DNA from: Thermoanaerobaculia bacterium
Lineage (GTDB): Bacteria; Acidobacteriota; Thermoanaerobaculia; UBA5066
NCBI GenBank assembly: GCA_963816185.1
Contig: CAWFJJ010000030.1
Coordinates: 288,001 to 352,000, forward strand
Direction of reading: 5' to 3'
Length of the DNA stretch: 64,000 bases
Shown here: piece by piece, positions 1-11,397 of the stretch
Position numbering within the stretch: the first letter of the stretch is position 1
Layout: each line of letters begins with the position of its first letter
Made by a program: the position numbers and the translations under genes
Notes under the pieces: model-generated
Told to the model about the DNA's origin: nothing
The model's input: the letters and a program-made list of their open reading frames with translations, nothing else
Databases searched by the model: none

Positions 1-1227
1 GCCCTGGTCGTACCGGAGCTTCGCGACGACGGTCTGGAGGTGGCGCGTCGGGAGCTTCTCGACGACGTCGAGGGACGCCGAGACGATCTCGTTCTTCGGG
101 CCGCCGTTCAATCTCGTTTCGTACGACACCGAGGCCAGGACGAATCCCTTCTCGCCCAGCCTCGTGCCCCGTCCCGCCTTGAGCCGCACGAACGCCGTGT
201 TTCCGGCCGACCCGAGGAATTCGGGCGCGAACCCGAATCGCCCGGACAGTCCCCACCCCAGGTTGAAATCCTCCACCCTGAGATCGCGGTTCACGTAGTT
301 CAGCTTCATCAGGTCGTTCTCGGCGAGCTCGTAGCCGACGAAGACGGTGCGGAACGTGCGCGGGTCTGGAAGGAGGTCTCCCGGCCTCTCGGGAAGCGCT
401 TCGAACCGGTCCTCGACGACCTCCACGCCGCCGGAGAGCCGATGGGCTCGCGCCTCCGACCTGCTGAGGGCCCAGCCCGCCTCGAGGGTCACGCCGCGAT
501 GATCCTGGTGGTAGGCGGCGTTCACGTCTTCGTCCGCGTATGTACGCGTCGTCTGGCCGAAAACGTCCAGGGCGAACTCGTGCGACTGCGGGCTCGACAG
601 GGACGCAAACGGGTGGCTCACCTCGGCGCGCGTCCTGTGGCCGTCGGAGTCCCAGCCTTGAGAGAAGCGTCCGCTCCAGTAAGAGCCCAGGAGATACGGG
701 TCGAAGTATTCCAGGACTCGCGTGATCCGCTGGATCTCCTTGTTGTAGCCGAAGGAGAGCTCTCGTCCCCTCCCCAGGAGGTTCCTCTCGAGGAGCTGGA
801 GGCCGTACGTCGTCTGCCCGCCGTTGCTCGCGATCGGGATGCCGGGAAGCAGCGACCACGAGTCCTGCGTGACCACGAGGACGTCGACGAGCCCTTCGTG
901 CGGCGCGCCGGCGGTCACCGCCGCGGACTTGAGAAACCCGAGGTCCCTGAGGTTCTTCTCGGTCTCCTCGAGCTTCCGGGGGTCGTAAGAATCCCCCTCT
1001 CTGAAGAGCAGGAACTTCCGGATGACGGACGGCCGCGTCGTGACGTGCGCCCGGTTCATCGCGCGGTAAAGCCGGGAAGTCGCCTCCTCGGGAGAGAAGA
1101 CGTTCACGGTCTTGATCGTGATCTTGCCGATGCGGAGCGGAGGGCTCTCCGCTTCCTCGGCCCCGAGGCGGAGCGCGGTCAGGAGGACGAGGCTGAGGGC
1201 CGTCGCCGCGCTTCGCCGGAGCGGCAT
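1..1227 (-). CDS. Omp85/BamA-TamA family outer-membrane protein (POTRA plus beta-barrel), runs off the left edge
   Basis: Not in the ORF track; translated by hand from ATG at 1227: MPLRRSAATALSLVLLTALRLGA (signal peptide), then HVTTRPSVIRKFLLFREGDSYDPRKLEETEKNLRDLGFLKSAAV (POTRA-like) and DVLVVTQDSWS...LERNLLGRGREL (Omp85 barrel start). The + ORF 40..1272 is its antisense shadow. Confidence 0.8.
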   Translation of the reverse strand, partial: MPLRRSAATALSLVLLTALRLGAEEAESPPLRIGKITIKTVNVFSPEEATSRLYRAMNRAHVTTRPSVIRKFLLFREGDSYDPRKLEETEKNLRDLGFLKSAAVTAGAPHEGLVDVLVVTQDSWSLLPGIPIASNGGQTTYGLQLLERNLLGRGRELSFGYNKEIQRITRVLEYFDPYLLGSYWSGRFSQGWDSDGHRTRAEVSHPFASLSSPQSHEFALDVFGQTTRTYADEDVNAAYHQDHRGVTLEAGWALSRSEARAHRLSGGVEVVEDRFEALPERPGDLLPDPRTFRTVFVGYELAENDLMKLNYVNRDLRVEDFNLGWGLSGRFGFAPEFLGSAGNTAFVRLKAGRGTRLGEKGFVLASVSYETRLNGGPKNEIVSASLDVVEKLPTRHLQTVVAKLRYDQG

Positions 1228-1340
1228 GACGGTCTTTTCACCCTGAAGACTCTTCCCCATGCCTCGGCCTGAAGCAAGAACCCGGCCTCATGGCATGCGG
1301 ACGGGCACAACTCCGAGGAGTCTGGCACCGTAGCTCTCCC

Positions 1341-2462
1341 ATGAGACCCACTGCGAAACTTGGACTGCCGGCTCTCGCGGCCCTCGCCGCGCTGTCCGGG
1401 TGCTCGACGTTCGAGCCGCCTCCAGGCTATGCGATCTCAGAAAAGAGCTGGAACGCGCGCCTCGTGCGCCGGGGCGTCGCGCCCGCCGAGGCCCCGAACC
1501 CGATGGCCCTGACGCCCGAGATGGCGCTCGCCGCCCGCGATCTGGCAGGCGCCGGGACCGAGAGCGAGCGCCTCGGGCGCCTCCGCCAGGCGCTCCTCGA
1601 CGGGAAGACGTTCTCGTTCGAGTACGCGAAGTACTCGACATTCACGTCGACCGAGGCGTTCGAGGCCCGCCGCGGAAACTGCGTCTCCTTCACGAACCTC
1701 TTCATCGCGCTCGGGCGTTCGCTCGGCAGCCGCCTGCAGGCGGCGCTCGTCTCGACGCGCGGTTCGTCCGAGCTTCAGGGCGATCTCATCGTGACCCACG
1801 ACCACATGGTCGCGGTCCTGCCGGCGCGCGGCATTCAAACGGTTTGGGTGTACGACTTCTTCCAGGGGGTCGAGGAGCCGATCGGACAGCTCATTCCCCT
1901 CGACGATCTCGAGGTCGCCGCCATCCTCGCGAGCAACGCGGGCGTCGAGCATCTCAGGCGAGGCGAGAATGCCGAGGCGCTCCGGGAACTCGGTCTCGCG
2001 GTGAAGCTCGGCCCGAGGCGCGGCGCCATCTGGGCGAACCTCGGCCTCGCGGCGCGGCGAATGGGCGACATTCCGGCCGCGTTCGCGGCGTATCGCAGCG
2101 GGCTCGAGGTGGACGCCAGCTCTCCCCTGCTCCACCAGAACCTCGCGGCTCTCTACGTCGAGGAGGGCCGCCAGGCCGAGGCGCGCGCCGCTCTTGCCTC
2201 GATCGACACGACGCGGGCGTCCCCGTATGCCTTCCTCGTGCGCGGCGACCTCGAGATGGTGGGCAGACGTTTCGAAGGGGCGATCGCGAACTACCGGAAG
2301 GCGGCGAGGGCCGACCCGAAGCTCGTCGAGCCGTGGCTCGCGATCGCGCGGACGGAGATGATGCGGGGCCGGCCCGCCGCCGCGCGCAAGGCGGTGGAGA
2401 AAGCGCTCGAGCGCGATCCCGGGAATGCGGAAGCGCACCGCCTCCTCGACGAGATCCGCTGA
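1341..2462 (+). CDS. Lipoprotein with transglutaminase-like domain and C-terminal TPRs (copy 1)
   Basis: Lipobox LSGC after ATG 1341; RRGNCVSFTNLFIALGR...DHMVA...YDF (Cys-His-Asp); TPR-like WANLGLA and HQNLAALY. Confidence 0.8.
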   Translation: MRPTAKLGLPALAALAALSGCSTFEPPPGYAISEKSWNARLVRRGVAPAEAPNPMALTPEMALAARDLAGAGTESERLGRLRQALLDGKTFSFEYAKYSTFTSTEAFEARRGNCVSFTNLFIALGRSLGSRLQAALVSTRGSSELQGDLIVTHDHMVAVLPARGIQTVWVYDFFQGVEEPIGQLIPLDDLEVAAILASNAGVEHLRRGENAEALRELGLAVKLGPRRGAIWANLGLAARRMGDIPAAFAAYRSGLEVDASSPLLHQNLAALYVEEGRQAEARAALASIDTTRASPYAFLVRGDLEMVGRRFEGAIANYRKAARADPKLVEPWLAIARTEMMRGRPAAARKAVEKALERDPGNAEAHRLLDEIR

Positions 2463-2478
2463 CGCAGGCGGTCAGCGG
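2456..2478. terminator. GC hairpin CCGCTGAC-N7-GTCAGCGG overlapping the stop codon; also present after copy 2 (about 3693-3715)
   Basis: An 8-bp inverted repeat is visible in both copies; there is no U-tract. Confidence 0.3.
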
Positions 2479-2571
2479 CCTGCAGCGCCCCGGCCTGCAG
2501 CTTCTCTTCGAGCGCGACGGCGAGGTACTGTTGTTAGGGGTCACGGACGTGCCTGGACTATGGTGTTCTCT

Positions 2572-3699
2572 ATGTGCCCGATCGTTCAGCGCTCCCTGAA
2601 GCTTTCCGTCGCCGCGCTCGCGGCGGTCCTCACGGCCTGCGTGTCGCTCGATGCGCCGGTCGGTTTCACCATAGACCGCGAGCGGTGGAATGCGGGGGTA
2701 ATCCGGCGCGGTGTCGACCCCACTGAAGCGCCGAACCCGATGGAGACGACGCCCGCGATGCGGGCAGCGGCGAGGGAGCTCGGCGGCGTGGGAAGCGACG
2801 AGCAGACGCTCGGGCGTCTGCACGCGGCCCTCCTCGACAGCCGCGACTTCACCTTCGAGTACGAGAGGATCTCGACGTTCTCGGCCTCCGAGGCCTTCGA
2901 GAACCGGCGAGGTAACTGCGTCTCCTTCACGAACCTCCTCATTGCCCTCGCACGTTCTCTCGATATCCAGGTTCAGGCGGCGCTCGTCTCGACGCGCGGC
3001 ATTTCGGAGCGCGAGGGCGACGTCATCGTGACGTACAACCACATGGTCGCCGTCCACCCGGTCGCGGGACGTCTGGACTTCAAGGTCTACGACTTCTACC
3101 GCATGCCCGAGGAGCGTGGCCCGGCCCTCACGATCCTCGACGACTTCTCCGTGGCCGCGATCCGCGCGAGCAACGACGGGGTCGCGCACCTCGGCCGCGG
3201 CGAGTACGCGGAGGCGGAGCACGACCTCGAGATCGCCGTGAAGCTGGGGCCGCAGCTCGGATCGCTCTACGCGAACCTCGGCCTCGCGAAATGGCGCAAC
3301 GGGGACGTGGCCGGCGCCTTCGCGGTCTTCCGGAAGGGCCTCGAGGTCGAGCCCCGCTGCTCTCCCCTCCTCCAGAACCTCGCGGCTCTCTACCTCGACC
3401 AGCACAGGCCGGCCGAGGCGCAAGCCGCGCTGGCCGCGCTCGACGTGCACCGCGCCTCACCGTACGTTCTCATCGTCCGTGGGGACCTCGCGCTGCGCGA
3501 GGGCAACGTCAAGGACGCGATCCGGAACTACCGGAAGGCCGCAAGCCTCGATTCGAAGCTCGCCGACCCGTGGCTCGCGATCGCGCGCGCCGAGCTTGCC
3601 CGCGGGCGTCACGACGCCGCCCGCAAGGCCGCGCGAAAGGCGCTCAAGCGCGATCCCAAGAGCGCGGACGCGCGGCGCCTCCTCGATGAGATCCGCTGA
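2572..3699 (+). CDS. Lipoprotein with transglutaminase-like domain and C-terminal TPRs (copy 2, tandem paralog)
   Basis: Lipobox LTAC; RRGNCVSFTNLLIALAR, NHMVA, YDF; same LLDEIR C-terminus as copy 1. Start could be 2560. Confidence 0.8.
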   Translation: MCPIVQRSLKLSVAALAAVLTACVSLDAPVGFTIDRERWNAGVIRRGVDPTEAPNPMETTPAMRAAARELGGVGSDEQTLGRLHAALLDSRDFTFEYERISTFSASEAFENRRGNCVSFTNLLIALARSLDIQVQAALVSTRGISEREGDVIVTYNHMVAVHPVAGRLDFKVYDFYRMPEERGPALTILDDFSVAAIRASNDGVAHLGRGEYAEAEHDLEIAVKLGPQLGSLYANLGLAKWRNGDVAGAFAVFRKGLEVEPRCSPLLQNLAALYLDQHRPAEAQAALAALDVHRASPYVLIVRGDLALREGNVKDAIRNYRKAASLDSKLADPWLAIARAELARGRHDAARKAARKALKRDPKSADARRLLDEIR

Positions 3700-3708
3700 C
3701 GCGGACGG

Positions 3709-5169
3709 TCAGCGGCTTGACGCGAGGGAACGACCTTGTTCGAACCCGCCCCCGAGTGCCCGGACGAGGTTCACGCTCGCGATCATGTGGCGGGTGTGCA
3801 GGTCGACGGCCGTGCGTTCGTTCGCGAGGGCGACGCTCTGGGCGGTGACGACCTCGAGATACGTCGTGATGCCGCCCTGGTAACGGTTCACGGCGAGCTT
3901 GAGGGAGCGCTCGGCCGCGGCGACGGCGGCCGCCTGCTGGGTCTCCTCGAGGGCGAGAAGGCGCAGGGCGGCGAGCTGGTCCTCGACCTCCTGGAAGGCC
4001 GTGAGGGCGGTTTCGCGGTATGCGCCCACGGCCGCGTCGTACTCGGCGCGGCGCTCCTCCGTGACCGCGCGGCGGCGGCCCGCGTCGAAGAGCGTGGCGA
4101 GGGCCGAGGGGCCGAGCGACCACACGAAGGCCGGTGCCGTGAAGAGCTTCGACAACGTGGTGCTCACGAAGCCGGCGGAGGCATTGAGGGAGACGGTGGG
4201 GAAATACGCCGCGATGGCGACGCCGATGAGCGCGCTCGCGGCGGCCGCGCGGCGCTCGGCGGCGGCCACGTCGGGCCGGCGCTCGAGGAGCTCTGAGGGC
4301 AGGAGGCCGGGGATGACGGGCGGAGCCACGGCGATCTTCGCGGGCGGGATCGTCAGGTCGGCCGGCGCCTTGCCGACGAGGAATGCGATCGCGTGCTCGG
4401 TCTGGGCCCGCGCGATGCCGACGTCGATCACCTGCGCGCGCGTCGTCTCGAGCAGCGTCTCGGCCTGCGCCACGTCCACGCCCGACACGACGCCCTGGTC
4501 GTGGCGGTTTACGGTGAGCTTGAGGGCCTCCGCCTCGGCGTCGGCGTTCGTCGTCAGAAGGGCGATCTGCGCGTCGAACCCGTGGAGCTGGTACCAGTCG
4601 ATGGCGAGCTCGGCCTGCATGGAGAGCCGGACGTTCTCGAGGTCCGAGGCGGCGGCCTCGGCGCTCGCGACGCTCGACTCGACGCCCCGCCTCACGCGCC
4701 CCCAGACGTCGAGCTCCCACGACGCGTCGCCGGACGCGGCGTAGGTCGTGGCCGTGACTGGGGTCGTCGTCGTGCCGTCCGGGGCGGCGCGAGTCGCCGA
4801 CGTCCGAGCCCGGGTGACGGCAGCGGCCCCGGTCACCGTCGGATAGATGTCGGCGCGCGTCTGCCTCAGGATGGCGCGAGCGGCGCGGTAGCGGGCCTCG
4901 GCCTGCGCGATGGTCGTGTTGGCCGACGAGAGCTGCTCCTCGAGCGCGTCGAGCTCCGGATCGCCGAAGATCTTCCACCAGGCGCCGCGCGGGAAGGCAT
5001 CCGCCGGCTGGGCGACCTTCCATTCGGACGCGTCGACCGGCGCCTCCTTGAAGGCGGCGGGCTCGACGGTCGTGGGCTTCACGTAATTCGGACCCACCGC
5101 GCACCCGGGCACGAGAAGCGCGAGGGCGAGCGCGACGGCGCCGCGGAGAGGATCAGGTCGCGGGCTCAT
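3709..5169 (-). CDS. RND efflux outer-membrane factor lipoprotein (NodT/OprM family)
   Basis: GCAVGPNY lipoprotein start, WWKIFGDPELDAL, SWELDVWG, ELLERRPDV, LVRALGGG. Confidence 0.93.
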   Translation of the reverse strand: MSPRPDPLRGAVALALALLVPGCAVGPNYVKPTTVEPAAFKEAPVDASEWKVAQPADAFPRGAWWKIFGDPELDALEEQLSSANTTIAQAEARYRAARAILRQTRADIYPTVTGAAAVTRARTSATRAAPDGTTTTPVTATTYAASGDASWELDVWGRVRRGVESSVASAEAAASDLENVRLSMQAELAIDWYQLHGFDAQIALLTTNADAEAEALKLTVNRHDQGVVSGVDVAQAETLLETTRAQVIDVGIARAQTEHAIAFLVGKAPADLTIPPAKIAVAPPVIPGLLPSELLERRPDVAAAERRAAAASALIGVAIAAYFPTVSLNASAGFVSTTLSKLFTAPAFVWSLGPSALATLFDAGRRRAVTEERRAEYDAAVGAYRETALTAFQEVEDQLAALRLLALEETQQAAAVAAAERSLKLAVNRYQGGITTYLEVVTAQSVALANERTAVDLHTRHMIASVNLVRALGGGFEQGRSLASSR

Positions 5170-8100
5170 GAGACAGGTCCGGGGCCGCGGGGCGACGGCG
5201 CCGGGTTCTCTCCCAGCGCAGGCGCATGCGGTCGAGATAGAGGTAGATGACGGGCGTCGTGTAGAGCGTCAGCATCTGGCTGAAGATCAGGCCGCCCACG
5301 ATCGCGATGCCGAGCGGATGGCGCAGCTCCGCGCCCGTGCCGCCGCGAAGCGCGAGCGGCAGGCCGCCGAGAAGCGCGGCCATCGTCGTCATCGTGATCG
5401 GCCGGAACCGCAGGAGACAGGCCTGGAAGATCGCGTCCTCGGGCTTCTTGTTCTCCTTGCGCTCGGCCTCGAGCGCGAAGTCGATCATGAGGATCGCGTT
5501 CTTCTTGACGATGCCGATGAGAAGGATGATGCCGATGAGAGCGATCACGCTGAGGTCTGTCCCCGTGACGAGAAGAGCCAGGAGCGCGCCCACGCCGGCC
5601 GACGGCAGCGTGGAGAGGATCGTGACCGGGTGGATCAGGCTTTCGTACAGGATGCCGAGGACGATGTAGACGGCCACGAGCGCCGCGAGAATGAGAATCG
5701 GCTCGTTGCGAAGAGACTCCTGGAACGCCTTCGCCGTGCCCATGTAGCTCGCGCGGATCGCGGACGGAACGCCGATCTCGCTCTTGGCCTTGTCGATCTC
5801 CTTCACCGCGTCGCCGAGCGCGACTCCGGGCGCGAGGTTGAAAGAGAGCGTCACCGAGGGGAACTGTCCCTGGTGGTTGATGGCGAGCGGCGCCGTGGAG
5901 CGCTCGAACCGCGTGAAAGCCGAGAGCGGGACCTGCGTCCCGTCCTTCGCCTTCACCCAGATCGACTTGAGGCTCTCGGGATCCTGCCAGAACTTCGGGT
6001 CGACCTCCATCACGACGTGGTACTGATTCAGCGGCGTGTACATCGTCGACACCTGCCGCTGGCCGAACGCGTCGTACAGGGCGTCGTCGATCTGCTGCGG
6101 CGCGATGCCGAGGCGCGAGGCCGTCGGGCGGTCGATGACGACCGTCGCCTCGAGGCCCTTCATCTGCTGGTCGGTGTTGAGGTCCGCGAGGCCCTTGACG
6201 GACCGGAGCCTCTGAAGAACCTTCGGCGCCCAGACCTCGAGATCCTTCTGGTTGTCGGCGGAAAGCGTGTACTGGTACTGGGCGCTCGACGCGAAGCCGC
6301 CGATGCGGAGGTCCTGCACCGCCTGCAGGAACAGGCTGCCGCCGGCCACGGACCCGAGCTGCCCTCTCAGGCGCCCGATGATCTGGTCCGCGCTTTGTTT
6401 GCGCTCGCGGACGGGCTTCAGCGTGACGAACATCCGGCCCTGGTTCAGGACACCCTGTCCGCCCGCGAACGCCTGCACGTACTGGACGGCGGGGTCCTTC
6501 ATGACGACGTCCACGAAGGCCTTGACGCGCCTTCGCATCGCCGAAAAGGACGTGTTCTGGTCGCCCAGGATGGAGCCCGAAAGGCGGCCGGTGTCCTGCT
6601 GCGGGAAGAAGCCTTTCGGCACCTTGATATAGAGGAAGATCGTCGCCGCCATCGTCGCGAGAGTCACGGCGAGCGTGAGCGGCTGATGCCGCAGCACCCA
6701 GCGGAGCGACGTCTCGTAGCGGTCGAGGATCCACCGGAAGCCGCGCTCGCTCGCGCGGTACAGGCGGCCGTGCCTCTCCTCCTCTTTTCCCTTGAGCAGC
6801 CAGGCGCACATCATCGGGGTCGTCGTGAGCGAGATGAGCATCGAGACGAAGATCGCGACCGACAGCGTCACGGCGAATTCGCGGAAGAGCCGGCCCACGA
6901 TGCCGCCCATGAGGAGGATCGGAGTGAACACGGCGATCAGCGACATGCTGATCGAGAAGACGGTGAACCCGATCTCGCGCGCCCCCTCGAGGGCGGCCTC
7001 GAACGGCTTCATGCCCGCTTCGATGTGCCGCGTGATGTTCTCGATGACGACGATGGCGTCGTCCACGACGAAGCCGGTCGCGATCGTCATGGCCATGAGA
7101 GACAGGTTGTCGATGCTGTAGCCGAGGAGATACATCGCGCCGAACGTTCCGATCAGCGAAACGGGCACGGCGACGCTCGGGATGAGCGTCGAGCGGACGC
7201 TCCTGAGGAACGCGAAGACGACGAGGGTGACGAGGGCGATCGAGATCAGGAGGGTGATCTCGACTTCCCTCACGGACGACCGGATCGTCTCCGTCCGGTC
7301 GAGCATGACGGTGAGAGCGATCGTCGGCGGCAGCTCGGCCCTGGAGCTGCGGCACGAGGGCGTAGATGCGGTCGACGGTCTCGATGATGTTCGCGCCCGG
7401 CTGCCGGAAGACGATGATGAGAATCGACGGCTTGCCGTTCGCGAGGCCGGTCGTCCTCACGTCCTCGACGGAATCCGTGACTTTGGCGATGTCGGAGAGC
7501 CGGAGAGCCGCCCCGTTCTTGTACGAGACGACGAGCGGCTCGTACTGGGCGGCCTTGAAGAGCTGGTCGGTCGCCGCGATGGACCAGAGGCGGTCCCCGC
7601 GGCCGACGTCGCCCTTCGGCCGGTTCGTGTTCACGCTGAAGAGGAACGACCTCACGTCCTCGAGCCCGAGGCCGGTGCGCGAGAGGGCCGTCGGGTTCAC
7701 GTCCACCCGCACCGCCGGAAGCGCGCCCCCGCCCACGAAGACCTGGCCGACGCCCGGAACCTGCGCGAGCTTCTGCTGGAGGACGGACGACGCGATGTCG
7801 TACATCCGCGACCTCTCGACCGTGTCCGAGGTCAGGCCGATCAGCATGATCGGCGCGTCGGCCGGGTTCACCTTCCGATAGCGGGGATTGTTCGGGAGGT
7901 TCGACGGGAGCTGGCCGCGCGCCGCGTTGATCGCCGCCTGGACGTCCCTCCCGGCGGCGTCGATGTTTCGCGTCAGGTCGAACTGGATCGTGATCGACGT
8001 CGAGCCGAGCGAGCTCTGCGACGTCATCTCCGTGATCCCCGCGATCCGCCCGAACTGCCGCTCGAGCGGCGTCGCGACCGACGAGGCCATCGTCTCGGGG

Positions 8101-8264
8101 CTCGCGCCGGGCAGGTTCGCCGAGACCGAGATCGTCGGGAACTCCACCTGCGGAAGCGGCGCCACCGGGAGAAAGAAGTACGCGATGCCGCCGGCGAGCG
8201 CGAGCGCCACGGTGAGGAGGCTCGTGCCGACGGGCCGGCGGATGAACGGAGCCGAGAGGCTCAT
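5153..8264 (-). CDS. mdtC: Multidrug efflux RND permease MdtC-like (frameshift near 7340)
   Basis: N-terminus [14 protein letters not shown]...LPQVEFPTI in ORF 5166..8264; the rest ([38 protein letters not shown]) is in ORF 5153..7306. The true stop may be 5166 (ATGA overlap). Confidence 0.85.
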
Positions 8265-11200
8265 CGGCCCCCCGCCGGCGCCGGCTCGGGCACGGGCCCC
8301 GGCGCTCTCTCGTTCGTCCGGCCGCGCTTCTTCACGAGCCGGGTCGCGAGGCGGTCGAAGGCGAGGTAGATGACCGGCGTCGTGTAGAGCGTCAGGAGCT
8401 GGCTGAAGATGAGCCCGCCCACGATCGCGATCCCGAGCGGCTTCCGGAGCTCCGAGCCGGTGCCGCTCCCGAGCGCGAGAGGGATGCCGGCCAGCAGCGC
8501 GGCCATCGTGGTCATGATGATCGGCCGGAACCTCAGGAGAGCGGCCTGCGTGATCGCGTCGACGGGGGCTCTTCTTGTCGCTTGCGCTCGGCGTCGAGGG
8601 CGAAGTCGATCATCATGATCGCGTTCTTCTCGACGATGCCGATGAGAAGAATGATGCCGATGAGCGCGACGACCGTGAAGTCGTTCCGGCAGAGGATGAG
8701 CGAGAGAAGAGCCCCGACGCCCGCGGACGGGAGCGTCGAAAGAATCGTGACGGGGTGGATCGTGCTCTCGTACAGGACGCCGAGGAGGATGTAGACCGTC
8801 ACGAGCGCCGCGAGGATGAGGAGCGGCGTGTTCGTCAGAGACGCCCCGAACGCCCGGGCGGTCCCCTGGAATCCCGCCTGGATGCTCTCGGGCAGGCCGA
8901 GCTCCTTCCGCGCCTTTTCGATGGCCCTCACCGCTCCTCCGAGCGAGGCGTCCGGTGCGAGGTTGAAAGACACCGTCGCGACGGGGAACTGCCCCTGATG
9001 GTTCACGGAGAGAGGCGTCGACGCGGTCTCGATGGTCGCGAGCGAGCGCAGCGGCACCGAGCCGCCGGACGAAGAGCGCAGGTAGACGTTCTGGAGGTCC
9101 TCCGGACGGACCTGCAGCTCCGGTCGCCCTTCGAGCACGACGCGGTACTGGTTGAGCTGGGTGAACATCGTCGAGACCTGCCGCTGTCCGAACGTGTCGT
9201 AGAGCGCGTCGTCGATCTGCTGCGGCGTGATGCCGAAGCGCGACGCCGAGCTCCGGTCGATGACGACGCGCGCCTGAAGCCCCGCGTTCTGCATGTCGCT
9301 CGCGACGTCGCGCAGCTCGGGCAGGCCCTTCAGCTTCTCGACGAATCTCGGGACCCACGTGTTCAGCTCGGCGGCGTCGGCGTCCTCGAGGCTGTACTGG
9401 TACTGCGTGCGGCTGACCCGGTCCTCCACCGTGAGGTCCTGCACGGGCTGAAGGAAGAGCGTCATCCCGGCGACCTTCTGCACCTCCGGCTGGAGCCGGC
9501 GGATCAGGTCCTCCGCGCGGATCTTCCGCTCGTCGAGCGGCTTGAGGTTGATCTGGATCCGCCCGCTGTTGAGCGTCTGGTTCGTGCCGTCGACGCCGAT
9601 GAACGACGAGAGGCTCTCGACGGCGGGATCCTTCAGGATGACGGCCGCGAGCTGCTGCTGCCTCTCGGACATCGTCTCGAAGGAAGCGGACTGCGGCGCC
9701 TCGGAGATGCCGAGGAGGACTCCGGTGTCCTGAACCGGGAAGAAGCCCTTCGGGATCACGATGTACAGGAGGATCGTCGCGACGAACGTCGCGACCGCGA
9801 CGACGAGCGTCGCCGTCTGGTGCCCGAGGACCCAGTGCAGCGTGCGGTCGTAGAAGTCGATGACCCGCTTGAAGACGCGCTCGGAAGCCCGGTAGACGCG
9901 GCTCTGCTCCGACTCGGATTTGTGGTGCAGGAGGCGCGCGCACATCATCGGCGTGAGCGTGAGCGAGACCGCCGCGGAGATGAGGATCGTCACCGACAGC
10001 GTCACGGCGAACTCGCGGAAGAGCCGCCCCACGATGTCGCCCATGAAGAGGAGCGGGATGAGGACGGCGATGAGGGACACGGTCAGCGACAGGATCGTGA
10101 ACCCGATCTGCTCGGACCCCTTCAGCGCGGCGTCGAGAGGCTTCTCCCCCGCCTCGATGTACCGCGTGATGTTCTCGATCATGACGATCGCGTCGTCCAC
10201 GACGAATCCGGTCGAGATCGTCAGCGCCATGAGCGTGAGGTTGTTCAGGCTGTAGCCGAGGGCGTACATCGCGGCGAACGTGCCCACGAGGGAGAGCGGA
10301 ACCGCGACGCTCGGGATGATCGTGGCCGCGACGCTCCTCAGGAAGAGGAAGATGACCATGACGACGAGCGCGACCACGAGCATCAGCTCGAACTCGACGT
10401 CCTGGACCGACGCCCGGATCGTCGTCGTGCGGTCCGTCAGGATCGCGAGGTCGATCGCGGCCGGCAGGCCGCCCTTGAGCTGCGGGAGGAGCGCCTTGAT
10501 GCGGTCGACGACCGCGATGATGTTCGCGCCGGGCTGCCGTTGGATGTTCACGATCACGGCCGGCGTCTCGTTCATCCAGGCCGCCTGCTTCACGTTCTCG
10601 GCGCCGTCGACGACCGTCGCCACGTCGGAGAGATGAACGGGCGCGCCGTTCTTGTAGGCGACGACGAGCGGGCGGTAGTCCGCGCTCTTGAGGAGCTGGT
10701 CGTTCGCGCCGATCGTGTACGCCTGCGTGGACCCGTCGAAGCTCCCCTTCGCCTGGTTGACGTTCGCCTGGGCGAGAGCCGTCCTCACGTCCTCCATCGT
10801 GAGTCCGTAGGAGGACAGGGCCGCCGGGTTCACCTGAACGCGCACCGCCGGCTTCTGGCCGCCGCTGATCGACACGAGGCCCACTCCGGGAAGCTGCGAG
10901 ATCTTCTGGGCGAGGCGCGTGTCGGCGATGTCCTCCACCTGCGCGAGCGGCAGCGTCTTCGACGTGAGGGCGAGCGTGAGGATCGGGGCGTCGGCCGGGT
11001 TCGTCTTGCTGTAGATCGGCGGGTTCGGAAGATCGCGGGGCAGGAACGTCCCCGCGGCGTTGATCGCGGCCTGCACCTGCTGCTCGGCGACGTCGATGTT
11101 GAGCTCGAGCGTGAACTGGAGCGTGATGACCGAGGCTCCCTGCGAGCTCGTCGACGTCATCTGGTTGAGGCCGGGCACCTGCCCGAACTGCCTTTCGAGC

Positions 11201-11397
11201 GGAGCGGTGACGGAGGACGCCATCACGTCCGGGCTCGCGCCCGGGTAGAACGTCAGGACCTGGATCGTCGGGTAGTCGACCTGGGGCAGAGCCGAGACCG
11301 GCAGGAACTGGAATCCCACGATGCCGACCAGAAGCAGGCCGGCCATCAGGAGCGACGTCGCGACCGGCCGCAGGATGAACGGGCGGGAGGGGTTCAT
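8261..11397 (-). CDS. mdtB: Multidrug efflux RND permease MdtB-like (frameshift near 8575)
   Basis: [43 protein letters not shown]; the C-terminal [10 protein letters not shown]...LYTTPVIYL lies in the 8261..12688 frame. Confidence 0.88.

Noticed and set aside
40-1272. 410-aa + strand ORF and the many other long antisense ORFs (e.g. 5168..7387, 8575..11565, 37033..40380, 48884..51835)
   Set aside because: They are codon-aligned shadows of real genes in high-GC DNA and carry no recognisable motifs.
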